Source: Raillietiella orientalis (Eukaryota). Taken from it: DNA of 64,000 bases. Below are positions 29,651-43,557 of the stretch, one piece after another. How positions within the stretch are numbered: the first letter of the stretch is position 1; each line of letters begins with the position of its first letter. The stretch spans positions 1,674,001 to 1,738,000 of the forward strand of contig JAYWIR010000014.1 of NCBI GenBank assembly GCA_036172245.1, in the 5' to 3' direction. The notes under the pieces are model-generated. The model searched no databases and was not told the DNA's origin. It saw nothing but the letters and a program-made list of their open reading frames with translations. The translations under genes and the position numbers were made by a program.

Positions 29651-32600
29651 CTTGAAAACTATGCTGGATCGTCAATATCAGATATGAAGTTAAACGGTGT
29701 TTCATTCCTCCTTTTATTTCCATCTTCAAAAGACTGAGGTGGAAGATCAACATGAAAAGTGAAAAAGTGTGCTTGTAAAGTGTCATATCAGTGCCTGGAG
29801 CACTTGGTTAGCAGCATAGTTCGAAAAATTCCTTGGAGCATGCATACTAACTGTGCAGAGATTTAGTCAAGAAATAGAGGAACAGGCGATGCTTTGCATC
29901 CCGAACTGCTTATGGGTGCTGACACAATAGAAAACGTATTTGTGTATCTTTCTGATTTTCACTCTCACACTAAGTGTTTCGGCATTTATTGAATGATATA
30001 AGAGTGTCTTAATAATATGTAAACGACAATTTCAAGATGAAGATAAAAAGAAAGATTAATTACAGGAAGGTCCAGGGAAAAAAGTAACAGATAGTAGTGG
30101 AACAAAAAAAACGAAAGAACGAAACGGAACGTGTGGATGGCACCTCAGTAGGAATCCGATTTTATAGGAAGCTATCCATTGGTTTAAAGCAGAATCAACA
30201 AAATATTCAAAAGCTTAAAAGCAAAAACGAGTTCACCAGCAGAAAAGACCACGTTATCACTAGATTTTATCAACTCTAATTTCATAGGACCAGAAGCTAA
30301 AAAGATAGATGTTGCAGAAAGAAGGATGCATATATATACATAAGACATTTATCTACAAACATGCTCATACATTATTGCAGCTAAAAGCATGAACTTTTTG
30401 GGGGAGAGTGAGTTGATGCTTTCAACATAAGAGGTTAGTGCATGTTGCACTTCCAAAGTGAAAAAGTTCCGGAAAAATTCCGATGATCAATGCATCAAAA
30501 CGTTACATACGATTGCGATTTCAAGCAGCGCAGGTAAAAATCTGAATATTTTTTCTTTTGTCATCAATAACACGTAATGATGTCCCCGAAACTTTTGAAT
30601 ATGTGACCTATGCAGAAGACATTAAGTACCACCTGCATTGTTCTTCCAAGAGAGCTTGTTTTCACTCATCTATTTCGACAAGGCATGTTGCATTAACTAG
30701 ATCTCGATTTCGAGACCCAAAATTGATTTAAATATTCTACATTCATGGGATCCTCAAGAGGAGGGAAACGTTATTCGCCCTCCACTAAAACCTTAGTCAT
30801 GACGCTTAAAAATCAAGAACCTTTAAAGCTATTTAGATTCGTTGCTTCAAGTTCTCTTCAGCAACTCTAGTGATGTATTTTCCTGAAAAAAGCTGACCTG
30901 ATTCCATCTTTTTGCCTTATATTAGTTTGTATTCCATCCTTTTTTAGTCAACCGTAAGAAACATTTCATTTCTTCCTGATTCGTGTAAGGAATCCTGACT
31001 ACAAAAATGGATGGATAAACTCCATTCTCTTGGAAACCGATAAGATTTCTACTTTTTTCCTAACGCTTGCACTTTCTTACTGAACTCTTTTTCCTTTCTG
31101 CTTATAATTCATTCTTCTAATTTGTTGATGCTGTAAACATTCTAAAATGATTGTTTTACGTGGAGTAAACATATTTTCAATTTCGAGCCTTTATGAAAAA
31201 TTTTAAGAGATGGTGCAAACAGCACTAGTTGCATGGGTAACACCAAGAAGCAGGCGACTAATCAAAAGATCTTCGAATAGAGAAGAAATACACGAACTCA
31301 TATTCGAATAAAGAATTTCCACTTTTTCAAAAGAACGAACACCCACATAAGTGAAATCAAACCACTAAGAACACAATGTAAATATGCTCATTCAAACAAC
31401 AAGCAATGGTTGTAAAGTTCATATGCCATGTGCACGGAAGAAAAACAAGTATGAGATAGCAGTTTTGTAATGCCATTTCTATACAGACTCAAAATTATAT
31501 TTAACCCATCTACATTGGAAATTAATTAGCCAATCGCAATGAATTACAAAATAATTTATTGTGACAAAAAATTATATGAACGTATCTGGTTCACTCGAAC
31601 ATGCCCACTCTGTGAACATTCCTGGTATCTGATTGAATGAGTCTATTTCCATAATTATATATAACTTTTTCTAAAAGAATCCAATATGCTTAAAATAAGC
31701 TAGGTCTGCAGACACATTTAAATCAACTTTGGATACCAGATATAAGCACATGGCAAATTAGGTTTTCTAGTTTTTCTTGTAAAATGCCATTTGCCTATCG
31801 GTGAAATAAATCAACAAAAATTCTACTTGTTGCTTTCTCGGGAGTGTCCGTGATTTTAACCTGCAGTTGTTGAGAAGATAAACTCATAAACATCTTAGGA
31901 ATTTTTCTCTATCATTCGGATGAAGCTTTTTTTTTTTTTTTGAGTTTAATTTTGCTATCTTTCGTTGTTCTCAAGTATGGTCGTTACTTTTCTGTGAGTT
32001 CCTTAATCCTTACTTAAAGACATCTGAGAATGTATGTGTCCAGCTGAAGACTGTTTCCTCCCAAGGAAAATGCGGATAGAGAAATCAGCTTCATTAAACT
32101 CTAATTAATAGAGTGAATAGTGTGTAAAAAATGAAAAGTCTGGGGAGAATAGCAACAGAAAGTGTTCCTTCATTGTCATAAATTCATCTAATAAAATTCT
32201 TTGCGAAATGCAACGAATTTAATGCATCTACGAAGATTCAATTTTTACCCACAGACTTCATGCGTGATCAAAGAAAAAGAAACTACAAGAGTGTACTTAG
32301 TATTTTATACATCGTAACGACAAATGAATAGTGACAAATCTACCAAAAGCAAAACTTGAACTCTTTTGGAAGGTTGAATACTATTAATGCTCAATAGAAG
32401 TTATATGCCGGATAAATGTATACACTAATGATAAGCGTGCTTATTTCACTTGCACAATCTGAAAAAATAATTGAGAATGTAGTGCAAATGATTTTACATT
32501 AATCATTCATAGGTGCTGTCTTTAAATTCAAGATTATCTTGTTATATCTGATCTTTATACATGACTATGTAAAGGGATCAAGCAAAAAATTTGCATTTGT

Positions 32601-35600
32601 CTACGTATTTTATTCAGTTGGTGGAATCTTTTTGCAAGATGTCAGTTAAAACAGATTGGGTGATTATCAAAAATGCGTTCTGATCTGAGTAATTTATCGA
32701 TGACTATGAATTCGCAATAAATGCTGTAATTTCTTTGGACTCAGACTGCATGTAATTATACGCTTGGGAAAATAATGCTGATTATAAATGAACTGAAAAC
32801 TGAAAATTCTGTAATTAAATACCGCATGTACTGAATTTTATTGGAATCTTTTGACTAATTGTGATAATAAATTAGCGACCTTAAATAGTGAAAAATGGAT
32901 TTTGCTCACTGACCTGGTTTGCGAACTTTGCAAAACATTTCTTTCAGATCCTCTTTTTAAACAAATAATCAAGAAGGCTCAGGAATTTCAAATATACATA
33001 ATGGAATAAATAAGTTCAAGTCCTTGGAATTCCTCGAAAGCACGCGCAGTGGGGTCCCTCAACAATCGACGCCATGTTTCTGGAAAAGTCCCGTGGAAAG
33101 TTGTCTGCCATTCCATTCTCGAAGTGCAACGAAGGGAATAAATACGAACTTGCGGAATTATGGATTAGCATTAAATTAGTTGCCTCGAACACGCAGATCC
33201 TCATTAATTAATACAAAATCGTAATACCACTAAAGGAATGCAGACGTATTTTTAAATTGACCTGTTGCACGTGCCACATATTTTTGCGTTAAACAAGACT
33301 TAGTTTAATAGAGTGTATCAACGAAATGAATAGAGTGTGTCAACGTGTACAGCAAGCAGCATAAAAAAAGCGTACGGAAAACGAGGGTCCTGTATAAGAT
33401 TATAACTTCGGAAATGATTGTAGAGATGTTAAAGATGCAAACTCAGTTCTGCAGCATGAATCAAGAAATGAGAGATTCCATAACTCTTCAATAATATACT
33501 TCTTGGATACATAACATATCGCAACGACGTCCCCAGTATTCTCACTGAGTATATTCTTATTTGAAATTCGAAAAATTGTGCACATAAAAGCATCCATATA
33601 TCGATCCATGCTAATGCTCAATCCACTAAATCCTCTAGCTTAACAACAACAACAAAAAAAGTCACAGGAACGGTTTTAACAAATCCTTGACACAATTTTG
33701 CTTTTATAAAATTCTCTATGTCATCTTTTGAAATAACCATTCCTCGAGTGGCACATTTTTAAGCATTGTATAGTCTCTGATAAACGGCTGGAGGTAGAAT
33801 TAAGGCAGAATCCGCGAATATCGCGCATTAAATGATTACAGCCATCCTGTTTTCCTGACTTAAGACAACGGAGTTTGGTACTTCTCTCTCGGAACACTGC
33901 ATAAATTTTGCAAGTATCTCTGTAGTAGCTACAACAGGAAAACGCAACTCGCAAACTTTTCCGAGTAGGTCAGTTACGACCCAAGAACAAATTTAAAATG
34001 GTTATGATGGAGTAAAAACAAAAAACTGTCTACCACAGAGCTTTACGTGGCACGTATCTATGAAATTCATATACCCTTCCAGCATTTGATATCGGATTAG
34101 AAAGAAAAAGGAAATATCACTGCTTATTGCAAAGATGACTTATTTCTAAGGAATGAAAGACTTGGCCCGGTGTCTCAGTCGGAGTATCCACTAATCAGCA
34201 AGTAAACCGATGTGAACTTGACTGCAACTCGCGACCAGAAAAGAGCGTTGCCAGTGGAAACTGAATCGAATCCCGAATGAATTTTTCGAGACAGAACGAA
34301 AAGACATTTATGGAGATTTCATGAACTCATTTGAATGCAGAGACCGGGAGTCAACCAATGTTTTTGGTTAGTGGATTCAGCAAATGCCCTGGCAAATTAT
34401 TCACCTCTCTGCTACGGGCACAAGGATGAATTTTTCTGGTCCAAGTAATGCAGAGATACTATCCTCCATTGTTAAGAGAATAAATGAACTTGAGTGATCT
34501 CAGCTAACTAATAAATAATTCCGTATAATGTGAACGCTTCGTGCAACGCACTCATTTTGTGACAGAGGTTCTCCGCAAATTCGACCTTTCTAGGCATCCC
34601 ATTCGTGCAAAACATTCTGTACCAATATATGAGGAACTCTAGGAAAGTTCCGGAAAGCTTTTCTCTTTGATTCAAAATTTTCATGGCTAGAAACCTAATC
34701 AGATCTTCATAACTAATCTTGGAACAAGAATGCCGACTAACTGTTCATTCGACCATTTCGAAAGCTGTCATGATAAGAAGCCAATGGCACATGTTCCCTT
34801 TTCCTGTGTCAGTAACTAAGGAACGAATCAAGAAAGAAACTTAGGACGAATAGAAAGATAACATTGGATTTTTGTGAACTGAAGGAAAGATTTTGAGTGC
34901 ATTTTCTAAACAACAGAAATTTATTGAGTGGATCCGTGAATGCCAAGATCCAACCTTCCCCCTCATCACAAAAAATTGGCAAATGATAGCAGCAAGGAGC
35001 TATATCTAATGCTCCAGGATCTAACCAGTTTCGAGTCTTCAACGGGTTTCATCTTCATATAAACATGCCTTATTCAACTGATCAGTGAACTCGTGTCTGT
35101 TTATTATCATGTTCAGGAGCAAGATATTTCTCAGTCGGCTCAATCCGATGAAACACCAACGTAAAATTGGACTTTCACAAGATCAGTGCTATATAGAAAG
35201 AGTAGATTCCAAATAATAACATAGATCAGGATGGATTCCAAAAGTCTACTTTTCTTCATGTTTTTTGTTTTGATTGGATTTATATGTTGCTACTGTTCCC
35301 GATTTGTTTCATAACACCTAGAAAGTTCAGGTATCACCAAACTGTCTGCAGCATCATAGTGATGTTGAATCGTTACTTAGTCTCGAAGGCTGAATTAGGC
35401 ATTAATACGGACTGATCATTTGAATATTTAATTACTGCTTTCTCTTGTTATTAGCTGACTCTATTATTTTACATAGTTTAAAAAAACCTGAATCCTGAGC
35501 CTTTCAAAGAACTCATGAAGTTGATATGTACTTGAACTCTTGTTTCAAATAGTAACTGCTTCAGAAAAATCAGTCCTATATTTGCTAAAAAATGAAAATA

Positions 35601-38600
35601 AACGAAACATTGATTTCTTGTAGTTTCTTGAATTGATAGAATTCTTCTAACGTGTTTGTACCTGCTATCTGTTTCGTGTTTTTGTTGCTATTGTGTTTCA
35701 CTAGTGATAACCTTATGAAATGAAATGGAGTTACCATGCAATCTATATTGTTTACTGATCAGATAGAACTATCAATCACTACTTAAGCCAGTTTTCAAAG
35801 CTTGATAGAAGCTATTACAAAGAATTTACGACATTCTGAATCGAATACCGTAAATTCTTTGTAATATTTTGTGATAACCAGTTTGCAAAAGAGCAGTTCT
35901 TCATGGAAATTCCAAAATTTCCAAAGGATCATGAAAATGAGCTTTATTTAATCATCAGAAAAGGAATTTGGCCTTGTAGAAATCATCTACTTTTCCTTTG
36001 AAATTCGTAATCCTCAACCTTCCTCTATTGGTTCAGTTTAGATTCTAAAGAATTGACATTTTGACTCTCCAACTATTGAGTTAAATTACTCCAACTCTGC
36101 TATTAATTACTCTCATCTTTTTTTTGCTAAAGAGAAGGAGCAAAGATGCCTGTTCATTTTTGGTTTTCACATTGTTCACAATGTGAAAAACGTGTCTTCA
36201 ATCAAAGAAAACAAATTACGAACATGGGGCATTTTCGAGTTTCAGTTGGTGATGTTTCGTTGAATTTCAATGTGTTTATTAGCTAGTTGAGAGCATCTGG
36301 TGTTCAGAACTGAACTAAAACTTCGGCTCCGAATAATTCTTGATGAGCAAATATCAATTAATAAATGGTTACATATCTATTAAAGTATTCCTTTCTACTC
36401 CCACCATTGCTCCATATATGCATTGGGTGATACACTGTAGTTACAACACTGCTAAGTTATTTAATTAACTTGTGAATTCCTTCAAACATTTTTATTGCTT
36501 TCGTATGTGCAAATCCCCAGTTAACAGTCTAAAATCAATCAAACTACTTTAGAAGAGCGTTTGATGAATTGGATCATAATTTAAGGATGAATAAACATTA
36601 AGGATCGATTTCAAGCAGAATATGCAGTTATAATTCCTAGCTGGTGGAATGGAAAAATTTGGCAGAGCAATAGCAGAACATCTATGTGTCTTGCTAGGTC
36701 TGATGTGAATTCTTTTTAAAGTTGCATGTAAAGCTGCTATTTACTTTTTCGAGGACCGAAAGAAAACCCATCTACAGAAGTGGGGAAAAAGAGCTTTGCC
36801 CGTTGTTTTCAAGTAGGTGTCTCTCTGCTGAGAGAAAACATCGGTTATCGATTTGAGGAGACGTTAGTTAGTTACGAATACTGCATTAATTTCATATTCT
36901 TTCATATTCATGATCTGGAGAAAAATCAAGGTTTTGTCACAAACAGAATGGAAATTTCCGCTCTGAATTACGGAAGAGCACAAGAAACAGGACGAATACG
37001 AATTTTTTTTTTTTTAGGTTCCCAGCTCGTTTTTCATTCACTTTTCCAATCTTAGAAACTTGCTAGTAGAAAATCCAGACACATTCTAAACGCCCAGGAG
37101 TAACTTGGGTCCAGCCACGAATGATGTATAATGTTTGCTGCTGAGGCTGCCTATTTAAGTGATGGGTTGTTTCCCCAGACGAAACGAAACATTCCAACAG
37201 AATACGTACCACAACTATAGTTTTGTGAAGCGTGGGAGAAATCACGAAGGCTGTGGAGGTCCCAAATTCAAATTCTGTAGAAATTTTCCTGAAACAAGTA
37301 GTTGATGTGCTTTCCATACTGCATTAATATGTGCACATCGATGCATGCAGCTTGAACAGGGAAAAACCCATGTTTTGCCTTTTGAAACGAATTTGGAACA
37401 AAAACAGCAGTTTGCATACACATTCACCATTTGCTTTGCCACTTCGTACATTTTAGCCATTGGGATTTTTGCTGCATCCATCAATCACTTGGGTTTCTAT
37501 TGATGGTACCAATTTTTTCACAGCACTTTTGTTTATGCACTGCAGTTTCCGTTTCGACATCGAAAGAAAATATCGGCATTCTGAGAAATGTTACCAACCA
37601 GGAGTTTGTTGTTTAAAGTGCTGGGAATCAAGGCAGTTTTCAATACATGCCCTATAGTGGTGTATTTTCATGTATATATGAAAGGAAAGCTTCCCAAATT
37701 CCGAATTCCCAAGTTTCGATGTCAGCGTAGATTACGTTGTGTCTTTGAATGCAGATTGTGGTCGCAAAATCAGCTGAGAACTACTTGAACATTGTGGCAG
37801 ACGCTGAGTGATATTTATGCACGTAGCGTCTTGATTGAGAATCGTGCTGCCCAAAGTTTTTTCGTTGCCTTTTTTTTTTTTTTCCCAAGTTTAAAGTTTG
37901 CTGTGATATTTTTAGAGAGTGTGTTAAATATTATTTGTCACAAAAGAGTTCAAATGCCAAGCTGCTCTGTAAAGCAATTGCCTCTTGCTAACATCCGAGT
38001 TTAATCAAATGAACTTTGGTTGCAGTGTGGGTCTGTCTTTGCACGAGATGAATTGCCATTATTTAAAAAAAAATTCTAAATCACGTTATAGATGAGTGGG
38101 TTGCTATAGGTCGTATTCGCCGAATATTTTGAAGTGTTTTCAAGATTGATCTCAAATAATCCAAACAGCTATTGTTCGCGATTGTAATAAATTATTCAAT
38201 TTAGAACGCTGCTTAAAAAAAAAACGAAAAAAGAAAACAAAGAAACAGTTCTGGCCCGAATACGTGGTTAATTGCTGACCGATTTACGATTCATTAATGA
38301 CGAATTTACATTCTAAAGCAAATTCAGTTGTTCGTAGTTCAAGTGGAAAAAAAAAGTTGTCGTGGTTGGTCTCAAAAGTCTCACCTAATTCCATCATTTT
38401 ATCATTCTGTTAGGCCTCTTATTTGCTGGTTTGTACTTAGTTTGGGTTTTTAATTTCCCTCATTGAATGTATTAAATTAAAGATTAAGTTGATTACCCCA
38501 TAATCACGCCATGTAAGATTTAGCAAACATTTAAGAAGGCATGCTCATGAAAATAGAGTCCAAGAATTTGCATTGTTTCCAATGTAACTGCATTTTTGAA

Positions 38601-39445
38601 ATGTGTCAGTGTAAAATTCTATGTGCATTTTGATTTAATTAGGAATTGCGAACTCAAATCAGAAGCATTGTGTGCTGATGGCAGAAGTATTTTCAAATAA
38701 GGGAAATTACTTTAATGGATTTTAAAATCATTACTTATTATAAATATGAAGACTTTAGTATTCATAAGTGATATCTTGTTGCAAATCACCGAATTGGGAT
38801 TTTTACTTACAGCATGATGCTTCCAAACTTATGTTAGGGCAACTTGATCCCATTTGAAGGTTCTTGTGGATGGTTGGGTTTAAAATTATCTTAGAATCAG
38901 AATGTTCGACCAAATTATAAACGTTTATTAATCCTTCTCCGGATGCATAATGATTTTGCTTTTCGATTCTAAAATTAATTAAATGTGCATTATTTTTGTG
39001 TTATAATGCCTCATTGTTTTGCCTTATCATTTATGTACTATCATGTATAAAGTTTTCAATATTTAAAATTTTTGAATATCTCTTGTAAGCTGTCTACAGT
39101 AGATACAATGTCAGCCACAGAATGCACATGAAGATCACCCAAACAAAGGCACAAATTGTAATCATCTAGTCAGCTAAATAAACTCCATATCACCTCATGT
39201 GATTGTATAGAATATTTTTGATCTGTGTATGGCTGACAGCAGAACTGTGCTGGCTTACGAATTTCTATAAATCTAAATGTATGGGTTGTGATTGAATTTT
39301 CGTTAATACGTTAAGATAATTCACTAATCTGGTAATATCTTCCTGATAAGTAAAGTGGAATTCCCTATGCAGGATCTGATTGTTTCCATCTGATTTTGTT
39401 ATTTGTTACCACATGGAATAATATTCTGGCTTTGTTGGTACCAAA

Positions 39446-40115
39446 ATGGCCTGTGGAGCAACACTTAAACGCACCTTGGATTTTGATCCAGTACACAGTC
39501 CACCAGGAAAGTCACCTAAACGAAGGCGTTGCATTCCTGTAGCTGCTCATTCTTCACTTCAGCTGGGTCATCAGGACACACAGGCCTCTCATTTTGATGA
39601 TGTAGCTTGCAAACTGACACCAGGTAAGAGCTAAGAACAGATAGTGCATATTGTTGGCAGATGAGATTGCAACAAAAATCCGTGAGGAAATGCGCCGACT
39701 ACAAAAACGGAAGCAAATGCATTATGTTTCGCAGTCTCAGGAGATGGATTCACCATCTTCTCCAGACTCTTCTGTTTCTGGGCCTTCTGTTCCTGGCATA
39801 TCCTGGGGATTGCCTCATGACAAGCCTCTGTTTACTTTTAGACAAGTCAGGAAAAAGGAAAAGACTATGACTTTATTAAACATTTCATTTAGGTGGGATT
39901 AATTTGTGAACGACTGCTTCAAGAACGAGAGTGTCAGTTGCGTCAGGAATATGATCAAGTATTGAATGCCAAGTTAGCTGAACAATATGATGCTTTTGTA
40001 AAATTCACCTATGACCAAATCCAGCGTCGGCTGGAAGCCACCAGCATCCCCAGTTGTAAGTTTTTCCTCCCACCCCCCTTCCAACATTCATAGTCTTTTT
40101 GCAGATTTGTCTTAA
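39446..40115 (+). CDS. akirin: Akirin (subolesin homolog), 4 coding exons
   Basis: Exons 39446-39623, 39661-39845, 39893-40055, 40105-40115. N-terminus [22 protein letters not shown], core '[16 protein letters not shown]...[16 protein letters not shown]', spliced C-terminus 'PSYLS*'; AATAAA at 40143-40148. Confidence 0.97.
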
Positions 40116-40303
40116 GGGCTACCCATGGTCCCTATGATAGAGAATAAAATTAACAAATTTGCATTTGTGTATGGCTCCTATCTGCCCTTCCTCCTCCCTG
40201 ATCTAGGATCGCAAGAGAGCAACTGAAACATCCCAGTCTACTCCAATACAAAAATTCCATCCTACAATATAACAGTTAGTTTATTAAATGGGAGGAGGGG
40301 TAT

Positions 40304-43300
40304 TTAAGGCTCCAACTGGAGGATATACTCCTGCAAATGTTTGGGCAGTACAGTAATCTTAGCCACATTTTGGGCTGTACGCCCCTTTAGAGCATGACAG
40401 ATGATTATGCGACATAGTTGCTTGAGAGAACGTGGTGCAGATAGTAATTCCCGAACAAAGGTGGCAAGCTGATGACGACATGGCGTATGGCTCACCTGAC
40501 GATACAGTAACCTCAAGCAAACATAAAGTTGGCAGTGGTCCATTGCTAGATAGAAAAGACGGATAATACGTGCATAATGCTGATTAGGATCAGCTAGCAG
40601 CTCTTCTTTGCGTACTAACAATTGTACAAATAGCTGCAATACGTAATTGGATGATTTTTTCAGAAACACAGAAGACTGCGATTGGCAAATCATGGGTTCA
40701 GTGTTAGGGAACTCAATATTTGGATTCGCACCATGTTGCAATAGGGTTAGCATGAGGTCATAAACATAATCAAGATCAGTAGGTACACGAGCTGCCTGTA
40801 CCATGTCCATCAGTGAGAGAAAGATGTGCATGGCACGTACACTGAAACGAATATTGGCATCCAATCCATGCTGTAGCAAAATAACCAACAGTTGACGGAT
40901 AAAGTCAAATGCCTGCTCCTTCTTATCAGTATGATTTAGAGAAATAGTTTCAGTAGCAGCAAACATAAGTACATGCAATGGGGTCAGATTGCTGCGAGAT
41001 GCACAATTAGGATTGGCACCCTGTTTACACAGGATGCGCACACAGTTCAGATAAAATGCTTTCATGGTGGGTGTCAAGTGATGCAGAGGATCCTTATTAA
41101 TGAGTGGTACTAAACAAACCATCATAGGAACCGATCCATCTCTGCCAACCACATTAGGGTTTCCACCATTCTGCAATAACATGTCTAATAGTTCATAACG
41201 AAATTCCCAATCACGAATGTGACGCAATACACATGCTAAAGCACTGTTGCCTTTCTGATTGATGCTAGGACTAGCACCGTTCTGAATCAGATAGCGCATT
41301 ATGTGAAGCATATCCCATTTGTTCCAGGGCTGTAAGTCATCAAACCCATATCGTGTTTCTTCCAGGGCATGACGCACAATGAGAGCATGCAGTGGTGTAT
41401 TTCCTAAGGAGTCTGGCTCATTTATAAGTTCACGTAAGCCATGCTCCATCAACAGCTTGCTCATCTGCAGGGTATCTGCTGCAGATTTTCTACCTAGTGA
41501 GAAGAGTTTACATAAAGTTAGCAGCAACTTGCAAGCAGAACCCACCAAGAAGAAAAACAACATGTAACAAAGTCATTTGTTGAGTAGCTGTCCTTACAGT
41601 GGTTGATGCTCCACATTGGATTAAAAGTTCCAAAAATTTTATATCATGAAGTGCTGCCTGATGGATGGGATAATATTCATCATAACATTGATTGATTTCC
41701 TCAGAGCGCTCAGACACCAAATAGCGCACACAGTTCCATGCACCACGTTCACAAGCAATATGCAGCAGAGGACCTTTTTGCTGCCATGGCAACCAATGAT
41801 CTTCTCCTTGCTGCATAAGCAATTCCAAAATATCCACCTGATCACCATCAATAGCATAATAGATAGCTGACTGCAACTTGTCACTGGACCTATCTCCCAT
41901 GGTCTCCTCACTACCACCTGCCAACAGGTCCTTATTACCATCAAATTGCATTCTGTACAGGAAAGGCTGAATAAATTAGCCAACAAAGGGAATAAAGTAT
42001 TTGAGAATCAAGCTTTTTTTTTAATCAAAAATCTGAATCTCATCCACAATCAGCTGCCTTTCATAGAGGCAATCGCAAAGCTGCTACTGTTTACAAAACC
42101 AATTGCAAATGCTGCATGCAACAGAGAACATGAAAAACAAATAACCAATAATTGCAGTACAGATCCATTCGGCATACCAGTATTATCTTCCACTGTAAAT
42201 TTGAACAATTCATGTGAAACTAGTTTATAAAAATCGATGATTCAACTTACACAAGAAAGCTACATGCACACAAATAACCCTATTATGGAAATACTTTATT
42301 CCGTAAAACAGAAATAAAAAGTCTAAAAATTCAATTTTTCATGTTTTTTTTTCTTGCTGGATATGGATGGAAAAATGAGAAAAAACTTACAATACTTGCT
42401 TCGTTGTTCACAGTTATATGAATGGGGACCAGGCCAGCACATGCGACATTCCACATCGCTACGGGCTCCATGTTTCAGCAACAGTTCCACCAAATCTTCA
42501 TAGCTGCAGCACAGCAGGAATTAGCAGAACACTCTGTTATACAGGTATCAGATTGAGAACAAGCAATATGTTGGCAGATGAAGGGACATTGTTGCCACCA
42601 GCAATGCCCATTTATTTAAATTGCAATCACAATACTAATAATATACTCACCCTCTTAAACATGCAATATGCAATGGTAATGAGCACACTCCTCGGTTAAC
42701 ATCTGTGCTTCTGCTCAAAAGCCAACGCACCAAGTCTATATTATTGATGCCTACACATTTCTGCAGCAAGTTATATCCTGCTTCATTGTGAATCAGTAGA
42801 ATGTTTTCATGCTATATTCAAAGATGAACAAATGGTACTGATAGTTTTTTGAACCCAAGTTTTTTTTTGTTAATACAATGAATTCATCTTTTAACTAATT
42901 AATGATGTAGCACAATTGTGTACACATCATAATCAAAGAAAATGAACTGTTCACCTTTTCTCTGATATTTTAATGCACACTTTAAATTTTTCATTCTACT
43001 ATTTACTCAGGAAGTAAAAATCATTTTGAACACAATTGTGGTGAAATGAAATAGTAGTTTGTCCAAGTTTTGTGTTTCTAAATGTTATTAAAAAAAATGG
43101 ATAAAAAAAATGCTCCAATTGGTTTACACATCTGTATTTTCCATTCATAGTATTCTTAAAAATCTTTACAAAAATCATGCTTGGAACGAAAAATGGCAAC
43201 ATAAACAATTCACTAAACACAATTCCTGATTACTCTCTTTACAATTTAACCATGCAAATTCGGGATGTACATATCAATGTTCATAGACGAGAGCTTTGAA

Positions 43301-43557
43301 ATTAAAGTTATAAATTAGTTTATAAATTTCCTGAAGCCAGTAACTTTAATAGAGTTTATAAGTACTTTGAAATTTGTTACCTTAGGGATTTGTAACAACA
43401 GTCCCTCTAGACGATGGGCAGTAATCTTGGGATTAGCTCTTAATACATCAAAAATCATTCCAATATTTTTCTTAGTTTGTTCGGAAACATTTCTATGATT
43501 TCCGGAAACCAAAAGTGAACCACTTGTGTGGAAAAAATGTGACATAACTCCACCCAT
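40304..43557 (-). CDS. Ankyrin-repeat protein with C-terminal SOCS box (ASB-like E3 substrate adaptor)
   Basis: Exons 43557-43381, 42811-42651, 42503-42391, 41917-41546, 41493-40304 with GT..AG ends and consistent phase. Ankyrin motifs 'LPLHIACLRGYEDLVELLLKHGA', 'GNTPLHAL', 'LTPLHVL'; SOCS box 'PRSLKQLCRIII...LPKHLQEYI'; minus-strand AATAAA at 40280-40285. Confidence 0.9.

Noticed and set aside
33307..33345. Short tandem duplications (also ~45332-45362 and ~60233-60268)
   Set aside because: Two-copy local duplications typical of slippage or repair; no higher-order structure.
37329..37409. CxxC-x13-CxxC-x3-CxH motif resembling a piggyBac C-terminal Cys-rich domain
   Set aside because: No recognisable DDD core, terminal inverted repeats or TTAA-bounded ends found; may be chance.
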